The position numbers and the translations under genes were made by a program. DNA of 64,000 nt, from the NCBI GenBank assembly GCA_028280845.1, contig JANQKZ010000044.1:12359-76358 (forward strand), in the 5' to 3' direction. Below, piece after piece: positions 44,105-54,300 of this stretch (positions are counted from its first letter, which is position 1; every line of letters begins with the position of its first letter). The DNA comes from Opitutales bacterium (GTDB taxonomy: Bacteria > Verrucomicrobiota > Verrucomicrobiia > Opitutales > JABSRG01). The notes below the pieces were generated by a model that did not search any database, was not told the origin of the DNA, and worked only from the letters and a program-made list of their open reading frames with translations.

Positions 44105-45225
44105 ACTAGAGTTGGATCGGGCCGAGCACGCCTTGTCATCTCCATTTCTTTAATTAGGGTTAACACACTTGCATTTTGCTCGGGAGTCCCCACGGAGATT
44201 CGCAGGTGACCAGGCAATCCATACGCCTCAACCGGCCTTACGATGACCCCCATCCTTTGCAGAAATTGAAAGGTCTCCCCCGGCGTGGGATTGGACGCTA
44301 ATACAAAATTGGCTCGCGAGGGCACGACCTCGTGACCCAACGCATTCAGGCCGGAAGTCAGCTGCTGGAGACCTGTTTCATTGTCCTTCCGGCAGCGATC
44401 CACCCACTCCAGGTCATTGAGGGCCCCCAGAGCCGCGGCCTGAGCTACCGCATTGGTATTGAAGGGTTGCCGAACCCGATGAAGCAGATCGACGAGTTCC
44501 GGATCGCCGTAGGCATACCCGATGCGAAGACCGGCCAACCCGTAAATTTTGGAAAAAGTCCGCGTGCACAGCACCTTGCTTCCACTGGCGAATAGCTCAC
44601 GAAAGTCTGGCTCAGGATTCAGATATTCTGCGTAAGCTTCATCGATAACCGCCACGACGTGATCCGGCAATGCCAGGATAAAGGCTTTGAGCGCTTCCTC
44701 GTCTACACAAGTCCCTGTAGGATTATTCGGAGTCGGTATAAAGACAAGCCGAGTGCGTTCCGTTACCGCTTCTCGCATCGCCTCGAGGTCATGACTGTAG
44801 TTCGGCATAGGGATTTCGACCGGCGTGGCCCCAAACAATAGCGTGACCAATTTATAGACAATAAAAGCTTGGGCTCCGAATACTACCTCATCCCCCGGAC
44901 CAAGAAATAGATGGCCTAAAAGCTCAAAAATTTCATTGGAACCATTTCCTAAGATCACCTGGGCAGGATCGACCGCTCTCGCTTCAGCAATAGCGGTTCG
45001 TAGAAATACGCCCCCCCCTTCCGGATATAGATTGATCGATTCCATGGCCTTGCAGGCCGCGTCCAGGGCCTTGGGAGACGGACCTAGCGGATTCTCATTA
45101 CTGGCCAGTTTCACAATAGCCCCCACTTCCAGCCCAAACTCCTTGGCGACGATTTCTATCGGCTTTCCAGGCTCGTAGACCGGCTGGGAAAGCACCGGCT
45201 TTTTAACGAGATCAGTATAAGTCAT
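44101..45225 (-). CDS. hisC: Histidinol-phosphate aminotransferase
   Basis: Motifs KLASNENPLGPSP, the PLP-lysine context RTFSKIYGLAGLRIGY, and LRISVGTPEQN. It overlaps the downstream gene by 4 nt. Confidence 0.85.
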   Translation of the reverse strand: MTYTDLVKKPVLSQPVYEPGKPIEIVAKEFGLEVGAIVKLASNENPLGPSPKALDAACKAMESINLYPEGGGVFLRTAIAEARAVDPAQVILGNGSNEIFELLGHLFLGPGDEVVFGAQAFIVYKLVTLLFGATPVEIPMPNYSHDLEAMREAVTERTRLVFIPTPNNPTGTCVDEEALKAFILALPDHVVAVIDEAYAEYLNPEPDFRELFASGSKVLCTRTFSKIYGLAGLRIGYAYGDPELVDLLHRVRQPFNTNAVAQAAALGALNDLEWVDRCRKDNETGLQQLTSGLNALGHEVVPSRANFVLASNPTPGETFQFLQRMGVIVRPVEAYGLPGHLRISVGTPEQNASVLTLIKEMEMTRRARPDPTLV

Positions 45226-45285
45226 TTTGTTTCAGAGGCTAAAGCATCGAGAACGGATTCGAATTTCAATGCAATAATTTGGAAG

Positions 45286-46569
45286 TCATATCCGGGTCAG
45301 GGTTGCAATACTCTCGATGTGGCGGGTCTGCGGGAACAAATCAAAGGGCTGAATTTTTTCAACCCGATACACATCTTTCAGCATTTCCACATCCCGTGCC
45401 TGGGTCGAGGGATCACAGCTGACATAGACCAATCGGGCAGGCCCAAAGGTCTTTAACTGTTGAATAAAATCCGGATCACATCCCTTTCTCGGGGGATCGA
45501 TCAATACGGTAGTCGCATTCGGGGGAAAATCAATTTCTGCAAAAATATCCGCCGCAGTTCCAACCAGGAACTCGCAATTATAGATTCGATTGAGCAGGGC
45601 ATTGTTGCCGGCCCACTGCACGGCCGAGGTCGAAATCTCAACCCCACGCACCTGAGTAAATCGCCCGGCTAAGGATAGCGCAAAAAGGCCGACTCCACAA
45701 TAGGTATCCACAAGATAGTCTATCCCATCCCCACTAGCCTCATCCGCTGCATGTTCAACAAACCCGGGCAGGATAAAGGGATTGTTTTGAAAGAAATCTC
45801 CCGCCCTGAACTGAAAGGTAAGGTTCCCTACCCGCTCCGACACCAGCGCTTCCGGGTTGGAGACCACGCCTTCCAGGACGTGTCGAAGTAAGAGGGTTCC
45901 CCCCTTCGGTTTCTTCTTTTTCCCAAACAGGATTCCCTCCTTAACCTGTTCCCGGGCCTCTGGTAAAGCGACATTAATCGCCTCGGTTGCAATCACGCAT
46001 TCAGGAACATCCACCAATCGGTTGCGCTGGCCAAAACGGAGGAATCCGATATCGCGAACCGCTTCCCCGGGCTTGGGCTTGTTCCAATGGGGGGTCAATT
46101 TTGACCGATAGCCAAACTGCTCAGGTGAAGGAAAAGTAGGCAGTACCGGGGGTTCGTCTATTTTAGCGATTCGCTGGAACACGCCGGCGACCTGCTCCCG
46201 CTTCCATTCGAGCTGCCGTCCATATGTGAGGTGCTGGTATTGGCATCCACCGCAGGTTTCAAAGAGTGGACACCGGGGATCAACCCGATCCGGGCTGGCT
46301 TCGAGTACCTCGACCAAATCGGCCTCACTGTAATTTGCCCGATTACGGAATATGCGAGCCAGCACCCGCTCCCCAGGCAAGGCAAAGGGAACCATGACCA
46401 CCCACCCCTTATCCCTTCCCAATCCCAGCCCGAGCTGAGTCAGGGACTCGATGCTTAACTCCAACTCGTGATGATACGCATAAGGCTCATCCACAAAATT
46501 CCGGGGGGAGGCCGGCGGGGTGGAATCAGTTGCTGGTGAGGTTTCCATTGAAGGGGGTGAGTCCATCAC
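45286..46569 (-). CDS. RumA/TrmA-family RNA (uracil-5)-methyltransferase with TRAM domain and Fe-S cysteines
   Basis: A TRAM-like N-terminus, the Cys cluster CPLFETCGGCQYQH, SAM-binding DTYCGVGLFAL, and catalytic VLIDPPRKGC...YVSCDPST. Confidence 0.8.
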   Translation of the reverse strand: MMDSPPSMETSPATDSTPPASPRNFVDEPYAYHHELELSIESLTQLGLGLGRDKGWVVMVPFALPGERVLARIFRNRANYSEADLVEVLEASPDRVDPRCPLFETCGGCQYQHLTYGRQLEWKREQVAGVFQRIAKIDEPPVLPTFPSPEQFGYRSKLTPHWNKPKPGEAVRDIGFLRFGQRNRLVDVPECVIATEAINVALPEAREQVKEGILFGKKKKPKGGTLLLRHVLEGVVSNPEALVSERVGNLTFQFRAGDFFQNNPFILPGFVEHAADEASGDGIDYLVDTYCGVGLFALSLAGRFTQVRGVEISTSAVQWAGNNALLNRIYNCEFLVGTAADIFAEIDFPPNATTVLIDPPRKGCDPDFIQQLKTFGPARLVYVSCDPSTQARDVEMLKDVYRVEKIQPFDLFPQTRHIESIATLTRI

Positions 46570-46598
46570 TTAAAACCGAAAGATTGCCAGACAATTTC

Positions 46599-47399
46599 AT
46601 GCCCGGAGAAATCATCACATCCAAGCAGAACCCACTCGTAAAATACCTCGTCAAACTGTCGGATAGGAAAGTTCGCGACCAGGAGGAGCGCTTCCTCGTC
46701 GAAGGCTATCGGGAAATTCAATATGCTTTGCGCGGGGAAGTCTGGATTGAAAGCCTCTTCTATTGCCCGGCCCTCTTTAAAGGCCCGGACCAGCAGGCCT
46801 TAGTCAACGACGCCATCGAACATGAGGTGGAATGCGTAGAATTTGCTCCCGAGGCGTTTCGGAAAATCAGCCTGAGGGAAGGGCCGGACGGGTTGATGGC
46901 CCTCGCCGTGAAGCGGCTCTTTCTTCTGGAAGGGGCCAGCTTCCCCAGGGATCCAATGGTTCTCGTCGTTGAAGGCGTAGAAAAGCCCGGCAACCTTGGA
47001 GCCATTTGCAGGTCCGCCGAAGCCGCAGGAGTAGATGCCCTCATTTGCAGCGACCCCGTCACCGATATTTTTAATCCGCATGTCATCCGTAACAGTCAGG
47101 GCCTGATCTTCACCCTTCCGGTATTTGTCGAATCTTCAGAAAAAACCATAGCTTTCCTGAAGGAGAATGGGATCCACCTGTTCTGCACGACCCCGGATGC
47201 TACGACTCCGGTTTGGGATGCGGATTTGTCCGGACCCACTGCTCTCGTCATGGGAAGCGAGAGCAAAGGACTCCCGGAAACCTGGCTGGCAGCCGCAGAC
47301 GAGCGGATCCTGATCCCGATGCAAGGGGAGGCGGACTCCTTAAATGTCTCTGTTTCCGCTGCGATTTGTGTGTTTGAAGCAGCCCGGCAGCGCAGGTAA
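46599..47399 (+). CDS. TrmH/SpoU-family RNA 2'-O-methyltransferase
   Basis: SpoU motifs VVEGVEKPGNLGAICRSAEAAG, LVMGSESKGL and IPMQGEADSLNVSVSAAICVFE. ATG at 46599. Confidence 0.8.
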   Translation: MPGEIITSKQNPLVKYLVKLSDRKVRDQEERFLVEGYREIQYALRGEVWIESLFYCPALFKGPDQQALVNDAIEHEVECVEFAPEAFRKISLREGPDGLMALAVKRLFLLEGASFPRDPMVLVVEGVEKPGNLGAICRSAEAAGVDALICSDPVTDIFNPHVIRNSQGLIFTLPVFVESSEKTIAFLKENGIHLFCTTPDATTPVWDADLSGPTALVMGSESKGLPETWLAAADERILIPMQGEADSLNVSVSAAICVFEAARQRR

Positions 47400-47416
47400 C
47401 TCGGGGGTCCGGGAAA

Positions 47417-48424
47417 TCATACGCCCGCGGCCTTGCAGTACTCGATCAGATTTCGGACTCCCGTTTCATTATCCATAACGGGTCGGTAGCCTAACTGATC
47501 TTTCGCTGCGCTGACATTAAACCAATGGTCCTCCCCGAGCTGCATAGCGGTAAATCGTGTCATGGGCGGCTCACCCTTGAGTCGAAACGTACGATACACC
47601 CACTCAAGCACACCGCCAATACGCTGAGCTGTTTCCAGGGACACCCTCTTCTCAATCACCGGGATATCTAATCCTTCCAGCAGCATGTTGATCCAATCCC
47701 ACAGCAAAACGGGTTTATCATCCGAAAGAAAAAACGCGCGGCCACCCGCCCTTCCCTCACGAAGGGCGCCCAGGGCGGCCAGATGACCGGCCACCACATT
47801 ATCTACGTGGGTAATATCTACCCGGTTGGAGCCATCCCCCACAATTCGCAAGCGCCCGGCTCGGGCCCGCTGCAAGACGCGCGGAATAATATGGGGATCT
47901 CCCGGGCCCCACACCAGGTGAGGACGTAACGCAATCGTTTGCACACCCTGCTGGGGTTTCTGGTTTGCCTCGAGAACCGACGCCTCAGCCAGCGCCTTGG
48001 TATGCCCGTAAAAAAACGGCCAGGACTCTGGATAGGGGAGCGATTCGTCTTCCCCGCGAATGGGCTTTCCGCCAAAAACGACACTGGGCGTACTGGTGTA
48101 AATCAGGTGTTTTACGCCTCCCGAGTTACAGGCGTAGAGAACATTCCGCGTTCCGATCACATTCGGCTGGTAAAAATCCTCCCAGCTTCCCCAGATACCG
48201 GCCCGGGCTGCTACATGAAACACCGTATCCGCCCCTTCACAAATCCTGGACAGCGCTGCAGGATCGCCCAGGTCTCCCTGCACTACGGCGACCCCCATTT
48301 GCTTCAGTTCCTTGTTCGCCGAGCGCTGATAAGCAACAATGTCAGCCTCGGGTTCACGTGTCTTCAGGGCCTTAATAATATGGCTTCCGATAAAGCCGCC
48401 ACCGCCGGTAACAACATACTTCAT
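47417..48424 (-). CDS. NAD-dependent epimerase/dehydratase, 3-beta-HSD family (OleD-like reductase)
   Basis: Rossmann motif VTGGGGFIGSH, YxxxK in YGHTKALAE, and a RAGRLRIVGDGSN block. From memory it aligns along its full length with OleD. It lies immediately downstream of an OleC-like gene. Confidence 0.7.
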   Translation of the reverse strand: MKYVVTGGGGFIGSHIIKALKTREPEADIVAYQRSANKELKQMGVAVVQGDLGDPAALSRICEGADTVFHVAARAGIWGSWEDFYQPNVIGTRNVLYACNSGGVKHLIYTSTPSVVFGGKPIRGEDESLPYPESWPFFYGHTKALAEASVLEANQKPQQGVQTIALRPHLVWGPGDPHIIPRVLQRARAGRLRIVGDGSNRVDITHVDNVVAGHLAALGALREGRAGGRAFFLSDDKPVLLWDWINMLLEGLDIPVIEKRVSLETAQRIGGVLEWVYRTFRLKGEPPMTRFTAMQLGEDHWFNVSAAKDQLGYRPVMDNETGVRNLIEYCKAAGV

Positions 48425-48430
48425 AAAAGG

Positions 48431-50113
48431 TTAACTCCTTTGTTGAGCTTCGAGTTCACGCTTGAGGGTCAGTCGATGGATTTTGGCGTTATGCCGTACA
48501 TCCACAGGAAACCCCTGATGGAAAGAAAAGGCCGCGATGTCGCGAGTCACCGTATATTGAGATCCCAGGTTCTTCAATCGCTCAATAAATTCATCTTGCT
48601 CCGCCTTTGATTTTGGGAAATGCCCCGCCTCCGGTTCCACCACAATGACCGGCGTTTGGGCGCCCGGCGCGCCCAAGCCCACTAATGCGGTTCGAAATAC
48701 ATGGGGATCCTGGTTAAAAATAGCTTCACAGGGATCCGTATAATACACCTTCCCCCCTGCCGCACGGACTCGCTCCACTTTTCTCCCGCAAAACCAAATC
48801 CAGCCGGAAGTATCGATATATCCCAGATCTCCCATTCGGTGCCAGATCTCACCATCACTCGAGTCTGGTATTTTCGAAGCTCGGGTTGCGACATCGAGTT
48901 GATGATACTCCCGGGTCACCACCGGACCCTTCACACAAATTTCTCCAATCTCTCCCGAAGGTACCACCGCCGCAGGATTCCACTCCTCGATATCTCCCTC
49001 CTCGATAGGAATGACCTGGACCTCCACTTCTGGAAAAACCTGACCCACGCAGGTCCCCTTCCCCTCCTCCGTTTGGCTCCAGGTAGTTTCCAGGACGGTC
49101 TTTCCGGATATGGATGTCAGCGGCAGCGATTCGGTTGCCCCATAGGGGGTGTGAATTTCGCCATTCGGTAAAATGGGGTCAAACAAACGAATGAGATCCG
49201 GGGGGACCGGCGCCCCGGCTATCAGCACACGCTTAAGGGAAGGCAAGGTGATAGATCGCTCCTTACAATACCGTCCGATTTTCCGCCACAGAACCGGAGA
49301 ACCAAACGAATTGGTCACATGATTCTGCTGAATCGCCTGAACGATCTTTTCTGGATCCACCGTCGCTGGCCGGCTCGGATTCATTTCCGGAACGACCGTG
49401 GTCATGCCCATCGCCGGGTTAAACAACGCAAAAATCGGAAGCATCGGTAAATCCATCTCTCCAGGGGCAATCCCATAGTGATCACGGATTAGGCGCACCT
49501 GAGCCTCAAACATGCCGTGCTCGTAACACACCCCCTTGGGTGGCCCGGTGGAACCCGAGGTAAACAGGATGGCGGCAAGATCACCGGATTGGGTAGCCGC
49601 CATCGGGAAGGTCCCACTATCCCCAATCTTACCCATTTCCAGGTTTCTCACAAATTTTCCGCCTCGTGGAATCGAAATCCTGGACCCCACGGACTTGAAC
49701 GCCCCACCCATGAGGCGACTGATCAGGATGGCCGCAGGGATACCGATTAGTGCCTCCGGCCGAGTACGTTTGACACATTCGCGAAACCGCTTCAGGCCCA
49801 TCCCCGGATCAATGACCACAGGAATTGCCCCGATTTTAAACAGCGCGAAGCAGATCAAAATCAGGTCCAGCCCTGGCTTAACCATCAGGAGCGTTTGGGT
49901 ATTCCGCCGAATTCCCTGTGACTCCAAATAAAAGGCACATTGGTCGGATAAACGGTTTAGTTGGGCAAAGGACCGTTCGTCGTAGCGAATCCTATCGCCC
50001 GCAGCACGCTCGATGGGTGCACGAACAGCCGGGTGATCAGGAACCGTTTTGGCCATCTCTGGCAAAAACCGGGCTACATTAACCAAGGGCGTTTTACTAT
50101 GCTCATCTACCAT
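48431..50113 (-). CDS. AMP-dependent synthetase/ligase (fatty-acid CoA ligase family, OleC-like beta-lactone synthetase)
   Basis: AMP-binding motif AAILFTSGSTGPPKGV, plus TPYGATES, HRMGDLGYIDTSGWIWFCGRK and FPVDVRHNAKI. The start is placed at the ATG at 50113 (MVDEHSK...). Confidence 0.7.
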   Translation of the reverse strand: MVDEHSKTPLVNVARFLPEMAKTVPDHPAVRAPIERAAGDRIRYDERSFAQLNRLSDQCAFYLESQGIRRNTQTLLMVKPGLDLILICFALFKIGAIPVVIDPGMGLKRFRECVKRTRPEALIGIPAAILISRLMGGAFKSVGSRISIPRGGKFVRNLEMGKIGDSGTFPMAATQSGDLAAILFTSGSTGPPKGVCYEHGMFEAQVRLIRDHYGIAPGEMDLPMLPIFALFNPAMGMTTVVPEMNPSRPATVDPEKIVQAIQQNHVTNSFGSPVLWRKIGRYCKERSITLPSLKRVLIAGAPVPPDLIRLFDPILPNGEIHTPYGATESLPLTSISGKTVLETTWSQTEEGKGTCVGQVFPEVEVQVIPIEEGDIEEWNPAAVVPSGEIGEICVKGPVVTREYHQLDVATRASKIPDSSDGEIWHRMGDLGYIDTSGWIWFCGRKVERVRAAGGKVYYTDPCEAIFNQDPHVFRTALVGLGAPGAQTPVIVVEPEAGHFPKSKAEQDEFIERLKNLGSQYTVTRDIAAFSFHQGFPVDVRHNAKIHRLTLKRELEAQQRS

Positions 50114-50331
50114 TACCAGTCTGCTTCGGTGAGGTGAAGCGCGATGGCAGACTTTTGCAAGTCCCTTCGGCCAGGTGAGCATTCAGAGTGGGTTGGGCAG
50201 CGTTAAATATCGTCTTGAACCAGGCGGCTCACGGCCTTCGCGCGAGGGGCAGACCTTCAAGTCGGACACCCTTCCGCGGATTCTATTCTGAATCGAATCC
50301 GCCAGGTGAGAAACTGAGGACGCGGACTAAC

Positions 50332-50592
50332 CTAATAGTCCGTAATCGTGATCAATCCCCACAAGATCTCATATTTGTTCCCGGAGTAGTCACTTTGAGG
50401 AACCAGCTCGTTGGACTTCAAAAGAAGGGTCGTCTTTCGAGGAGGCTCAAACGAGGCTTCTTTTGCTGTATAGATGCCGAGGAAATTGGTTTCCCTGTTA
50501 TCGTAGGGGGTGGAATCAGAAGTCACGCAGCCGCTGAGAAGCAGTGAAAAGAGGGCGAACCAGCCACTGCCAGAGAGTTTTTTTGTTTTCAT
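50332..50592 (-). CDS. Small lipoprotein (86 aa)
   Basis: Signal plus lipobox (WFALFSLLLSGC). I recognise no family. Confidence 0.5.
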   Translation of the reverse strand: MKTKKLSGSGWFALFSLLLSGCVTSDSTPYDNRETNFLGIYTAKEASFEPPRKTTLLLKSNELVPQSDYSGNKYEILWGLITITDY

Positions 50593-50660
50593 GAGAGTAA
50601 GGTAAGCATGGATAAGCTGGCCCAGACCCGCACGAAAATCAAAACAAAAGGAATAGTTTC

Positions 50661-52622
50661 CTATAAATGAAAGGGACCGGAGGTTGATTTTTTCCCAGAG
50701 CTCCGGGGGGCATTCTGACCTGCGTTTTTCCTCTGCCCTACGATGGCATCTTTCAGGGCCGAACTCATCTGCTGAATATTGTAGGGCTTAACCGCGACCC
50801 CGGCAAAACCGTTTTCGTGATAATGCACGAGCACTGGATCATTGGAATACCCACTGGACACGATTACCGGCAGGTCGGGGGCAATTTCCTCTAAACGCTT
50901 TTTCGTATCGAGGCCTCCCATACTGCCGGGAACGGTCAGGTCGACGATCACAGCGGCAAAGGGTTTTTTCGCTTGGGTTTCACGGATCACCATTTCTAAA
51001 GCTTCCTCCCCATTGGAAGCCACCTCCGGGTCATAGCCCAGGTGTTTCAGAATATCGATGACGATTTCCTGGACCAGGACCTCGTCATCCATCACAAGGA
51101 CGCGCCCCTTCCCTCGATAGGTGACCTGGGCTTCCTCCACCACTTCCTCCATCACTGCCTCCGGAGTCGCCGGCAAGTATAGAGTAAAGGTCGTTCCCTT
51201 CCCCACCAGACTATCCACCGATAAATGCCCCTGATGCTGGCGTACAATGGTCTTACAGTTGGCCAGGCCGAGTCCGCTTCCCTGTTTTTTCGTCGTGAAG
51301 TAGGGATCAAATATTCGCGAAAGATGCTTGGGCTCGATGCCGGGTCCCTCATCCTCGAGTTTGATCCGGACGAACGCACCCGGCTTCAGGGGTAGCCCAT
51401 CCTCAGAAATAACTTCGAGGTTCTCCCCTTCCAATCGGATCTTTCCTCCTTCCGGCATCGCCTGCTGGGCATTGATGATCAAATTATTGAGCACCTGCGC
51501 TACCCGGCCTTCATCCATAACACAAGGCCAGAGCTCATCCGGCAGGCTGACCTCGAGTTCAGAGTTCGACCCCGCCATGGAGAACTCAGTGACTTCCGCT
51601 AACAGGTTACGGGTTGAGGATGCCGACAGCACGGGCGCATGTCCCTTCGCCAAGGAGAGCAACTGGATACTTAAACTCCTTGCCCGGTCTGCCGCTTTGA
51701 GGGCTCCCGCCAGCCGTTCCTCTCTGCCTTGTAGAGCGCTTTCGCGAAGCAGAGCCAGATGTCCCATGATGCCCGTCAGCAAATTGTTAAAGTCATGGGC
51801 AATCCCTCCCGCCAGATGATTGATCGTCTCCAATCGCTGAGCATTGACTTGCTCCTTCTGAAGGCGCAATCGAGGATTATCATCCCGAAATACCAGCAAC
51901 ACGCCAGCCGAATCGGTAGCACTCCCCGCCACGGGCATGGCTAAAAACTGCAATGGAACCGAGTCCCCCTGCCTGTGCAATAAGTGACATCCTTCCGAGG
52001 AGCCGTGGGGGAGGCCCGTTTGCGATACGTATTTAATCGGGCTGGGCAGGGGGTCGCGTGAATGCGAGTCCACCAACCGAAACGCCAACTCGGCGGACTC
52101 GCCATGAATCTCTTCCAGGGACCACCCGGTCAGCTTCTCTCCCTCCCGGTTTATATATTGGACCTCACCGGATTCATTGATCAGCAAAACACCTTCTCCG
52201 ATATGCCGGAGGATCTGGTTCAAGCTCCCGTGCACACTCTCCGTCCACGGATGGGAACTCCCCAGGGAACGGGCCGAGTCGAGGAGAAGTAATCGGGAGT
52301 CGTCCTCACCCGGGATGGGCTGAACCTTTAGGTGCGCAGTAACCCGGCCTTGCGCCCGCTCCAAGGTAATGTTCGATTCCACTGACTCATTCGCGTCCAG
52401 GGCACTCAACAGCCGTGCCTTATCATCTAACAGGAGGATATCCGCGACTGAGCTGAGAAACGAGTCGCCCACTTCCCCGTTGGAGCCAATTTCATGAAGG
52501 AGCGCTCGCGCCGGCTGATTCAGGGCATCCACCTTCCAATCCTCGTCGACTCGTTTCAGGAAAAGGACGGCCTCATTTACCCCTTCGAATAGGGCGGAAA
52601 AACGTGATTCAGATGAACTCAT
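50661..52622 (-). CDS. Hybrid sensor histidine kinase/response regulator (PAS-PAS-HisKA-HATPase-REC), cytoplasmic
   Basis: H-box LAGGIAHDFNNLLTGIMG, ATPase boxes (NLIINAQQAM, EDEGPGI, GSGLGLA), and a C-terminal REC domain (VLVMDDE...VIVDLTVPG). No TM segments. Confidence 0.85.
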   Translation of the reverse strand: MSSSESRFSALFEGVNEAVLFLKRVDEDWKVDALNQPARALLHEIGSNGEVGDSFLSSVADILLLDDKARLLSALDANESVESNITLERAQGRVTAHLKVQPIPGEDDSRLLLLDSARSLGSSHPWTESVHGSLNQILRHIGEGVLLINESGEVQYINREGEKLTGWSLEEIHGESAELAFRLVDSHSRDPLPSPIKYVSQTGLPHGSSEGCHLLHRQGDSVPLQFLAMPVAGSATDSAGVLLVFRDDNPRLRLQKEQVNAQRLETINHLAGGIAHDFNNLLTGIMGHLALLRESALQGREERLAGALKAADRARSLSIQLLSLAKGHAPVLSASSTRNLLAEVTEFSMAGSNSELEVSLPDELWPCVMDEGRVAQVLNNLIINAQQAMPEGGKIRLEGENLEVISEDGLPLKPGAFVRIKLEDEGPGIEPKHLSRIFDPYFTTKKQGSGLGLANCKTIVRQHQGHLSVDSLVGKGTTFTLYLPATPEAVMEEVVEEAQVTYRGKGRVLVMDDEVLVQEIVIDILKHLGYDPEVASNGEEALEMVIRETQAKKPFAAVIVDLTVPGSMGGLDTKKRLEEIAPDLPVIVSSGYSNDPVLVHYHENGFAGVAVKPYNIQQMSSALKDAIVGQRKNAGQNAPRSSGKKSTSGPFHL

Positions 52623-52782
52623 TTAATAAAGCCCCAGCCCTCTTTTATCCCGGGTAACTGCAGTCTTAGGGGCCGTTTCCTTTCGCGCAATGCGAAACCA
52701 AAATCAATTATACCCTCCTCCCTTTTGCCCGCCAGAATGAGGCTTGACGGGGGTTATCCCTTCCCACACGGTTGCCGGTTCT

Positions 52783-54300
52783 ATGGCCGCACAATCCAAG
52801 AAAAGCCCGAATGCCCTCATGGAAAAACTCGTCGCCCTCTGCAAGCGTCGGGGCTTTATTTTCCCCTCTTCCGAAATATACGGGGGCATCAACGGGTTCT
52901 TCGATTACGGCCCATTGGGTGTCGAAGTAAAAAAGAATATCAAGGACCGATGGTGGAGAGATTTTGTCCAGCGCCGGGAAGATATTATAGGTCTGGATGC
53001 CTCCATCATTATGAACCCGGAAGTCTGGGTTGCCAGTGGCCATGTGGGAGGATTCAGTGATCCGATGGTGGATTGCAAAGTGTCTAAGATGCGCTATCGA
53101 GCCGACCACCTGTTTTTCAGCCCCGTAGTCGTAGACGGAGAAACGATTGGCTATATCTCCCTCCTCGAAGGAGAGGAGATGGAGGATGCGGCCGAAAAAA
53201 TGGCCCTGGAGCTTAAGCGTAAACTCGCCATCCAAGGGAATCTCGAGCCGCTGGAATTGAAGGAGTTTACGGAAGCCAGGGAGGACGAATACGAGCTCAT
53301 TCCCTCACCGGCAACTGGTAAACCCGGGTCTCTCACTCCACCCCGGGAATTCAATATGATGTTCCAGACCCATGTGGGCCCCCTCCAGGACAGTTCCTCC
53401 GTTGCCTACCTCCGGCCGGAGACCGCTCAGGGGATCTTTACCAATTTCAAGAATGTCCTCGATAGTTCTCGGGTAAAAGTGCCTTTTGGCATTGCCCAGA
53501 TCGGAAAGGCCTTCCGCAACGAGATTACGCCTCGCAACTTCCTCTTCCGTTCGCGAGAATTCGAGCAGATGGAGATTGAATACTTCATCGATGCAGAGGA
53601 AGAGACCTGGAAAGGCTCCTACCGTGAATGGATCGATACCTGCATGGCCTGGCTCAAAACCATTGGTCTGAGTGAAGATCGCCTCAGCGAATACATTCAT
53701 CCCGAGGAAAAACTGTCTCACTACTCAAAGGGCACCACCGACATCATGTTTGCCTTTCCATTTGGCGTACAGGAATTATGGGGAATTGCCTGCCGGGGCA
53801 ATTTTGATCTTACCCAACACGAGAAGCACAGTGGGAAAAATCTCCAGTACTTCGACGAGGCCGCCAAAGATAAATACATCCCCCATGTCGTTGAACCCTC
53901 CGTTGGAGTCGACCGGATCTTTCTCGCTCTCCTTGTCTCGGCGTATGACGAGGATGAAATCGATGGGGAAACCCGGTCATTGCTACGTTTCTCCCCGGCT
54001 ATTGCCCCCATCAAAGCCGCCGTCTTTCCCCTGGTCAAAAATAAGCCAGAGCTGGTCGAACTCGCCCGTTCCATTTACCGGGAGCTATCCCTGGATTTCC
54101 CCGTATTTTACGATGCCTCTGGAGCCATCGGGCGCCGGTATCGGCGACAGGACGAGATTGGCACCCCCTATTGCATCACCGTTGACTTCGATTCCTTGGA
54201 GGATAGTTCCGTCACGCTCCGCGAACGCGACACGGCAAAGCAGGAACGGGTGAGGGTTGAGGACCTCCTGGGGATTATCCGCGACCAGGTGCAGGGCTGA
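52783..54300 (+). CDS. glyQS: Glycine--tRNA ligase (homodimeric class II type)
   Basis: Sequence blocks [67 protein letters not shown], and an anticodon-binding C-terminus. The start is placed at the ATG at 52783. Confidence 0.9.
   Translation: MAAQSKKSPNALMEKLVALCKRRGFIFPSSEIYGGINGFFDYGPLGVEVKKNIKDRWWRDFVQRREDIIGLDASIIMNPEVWVASGHVGGFSDPMVDCKVSKMRYRADHLFFSPVVVDGETIGYISLLEGEEMEDAAEKMALELKRKLAIQGNLEPLELKEFTEAREDEYELIPSPATGKPGSLTPPREFNMMFQTHVGPLQDSSSVAYLRPETAQGIFTNFKNVLDSSRVKVPFGIAQIGKAFRNEITPRNFLFRSREFEQMEIEYFIDAEEETWKGSYREWIDTCMAWLKTIGLSEDRLSEYIHPEEKLSHYSKGTTDIMFAFPFGVQELWGIACRGNFDLTQHEKHSGKNLQYFDEAAKDKYIPHVVEPSVGVDRIFLALLVSAYDEDEIDGETRSLLRFSPAIAPIKAAVFPLVKNKPELVELARSIYRELSLDFPVFYDASGAIGRRYRRQDEIGTPYCITVDFDSLEDSSVTLRERDTAKQERVRVEDLLGIIRDQVQG

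Noticed and set aside
50276-50302. A perfect 8-bp hairpin GCGGATTC-(11 nt)-GAATCCGC between the small lipoprotein gene and the OleC-like gene, considered as a terminator.
   Set aside because: There is no U-tail on either strand. It may still be a structural or regulatory element, but it cannot be called an intrinsic terminator.
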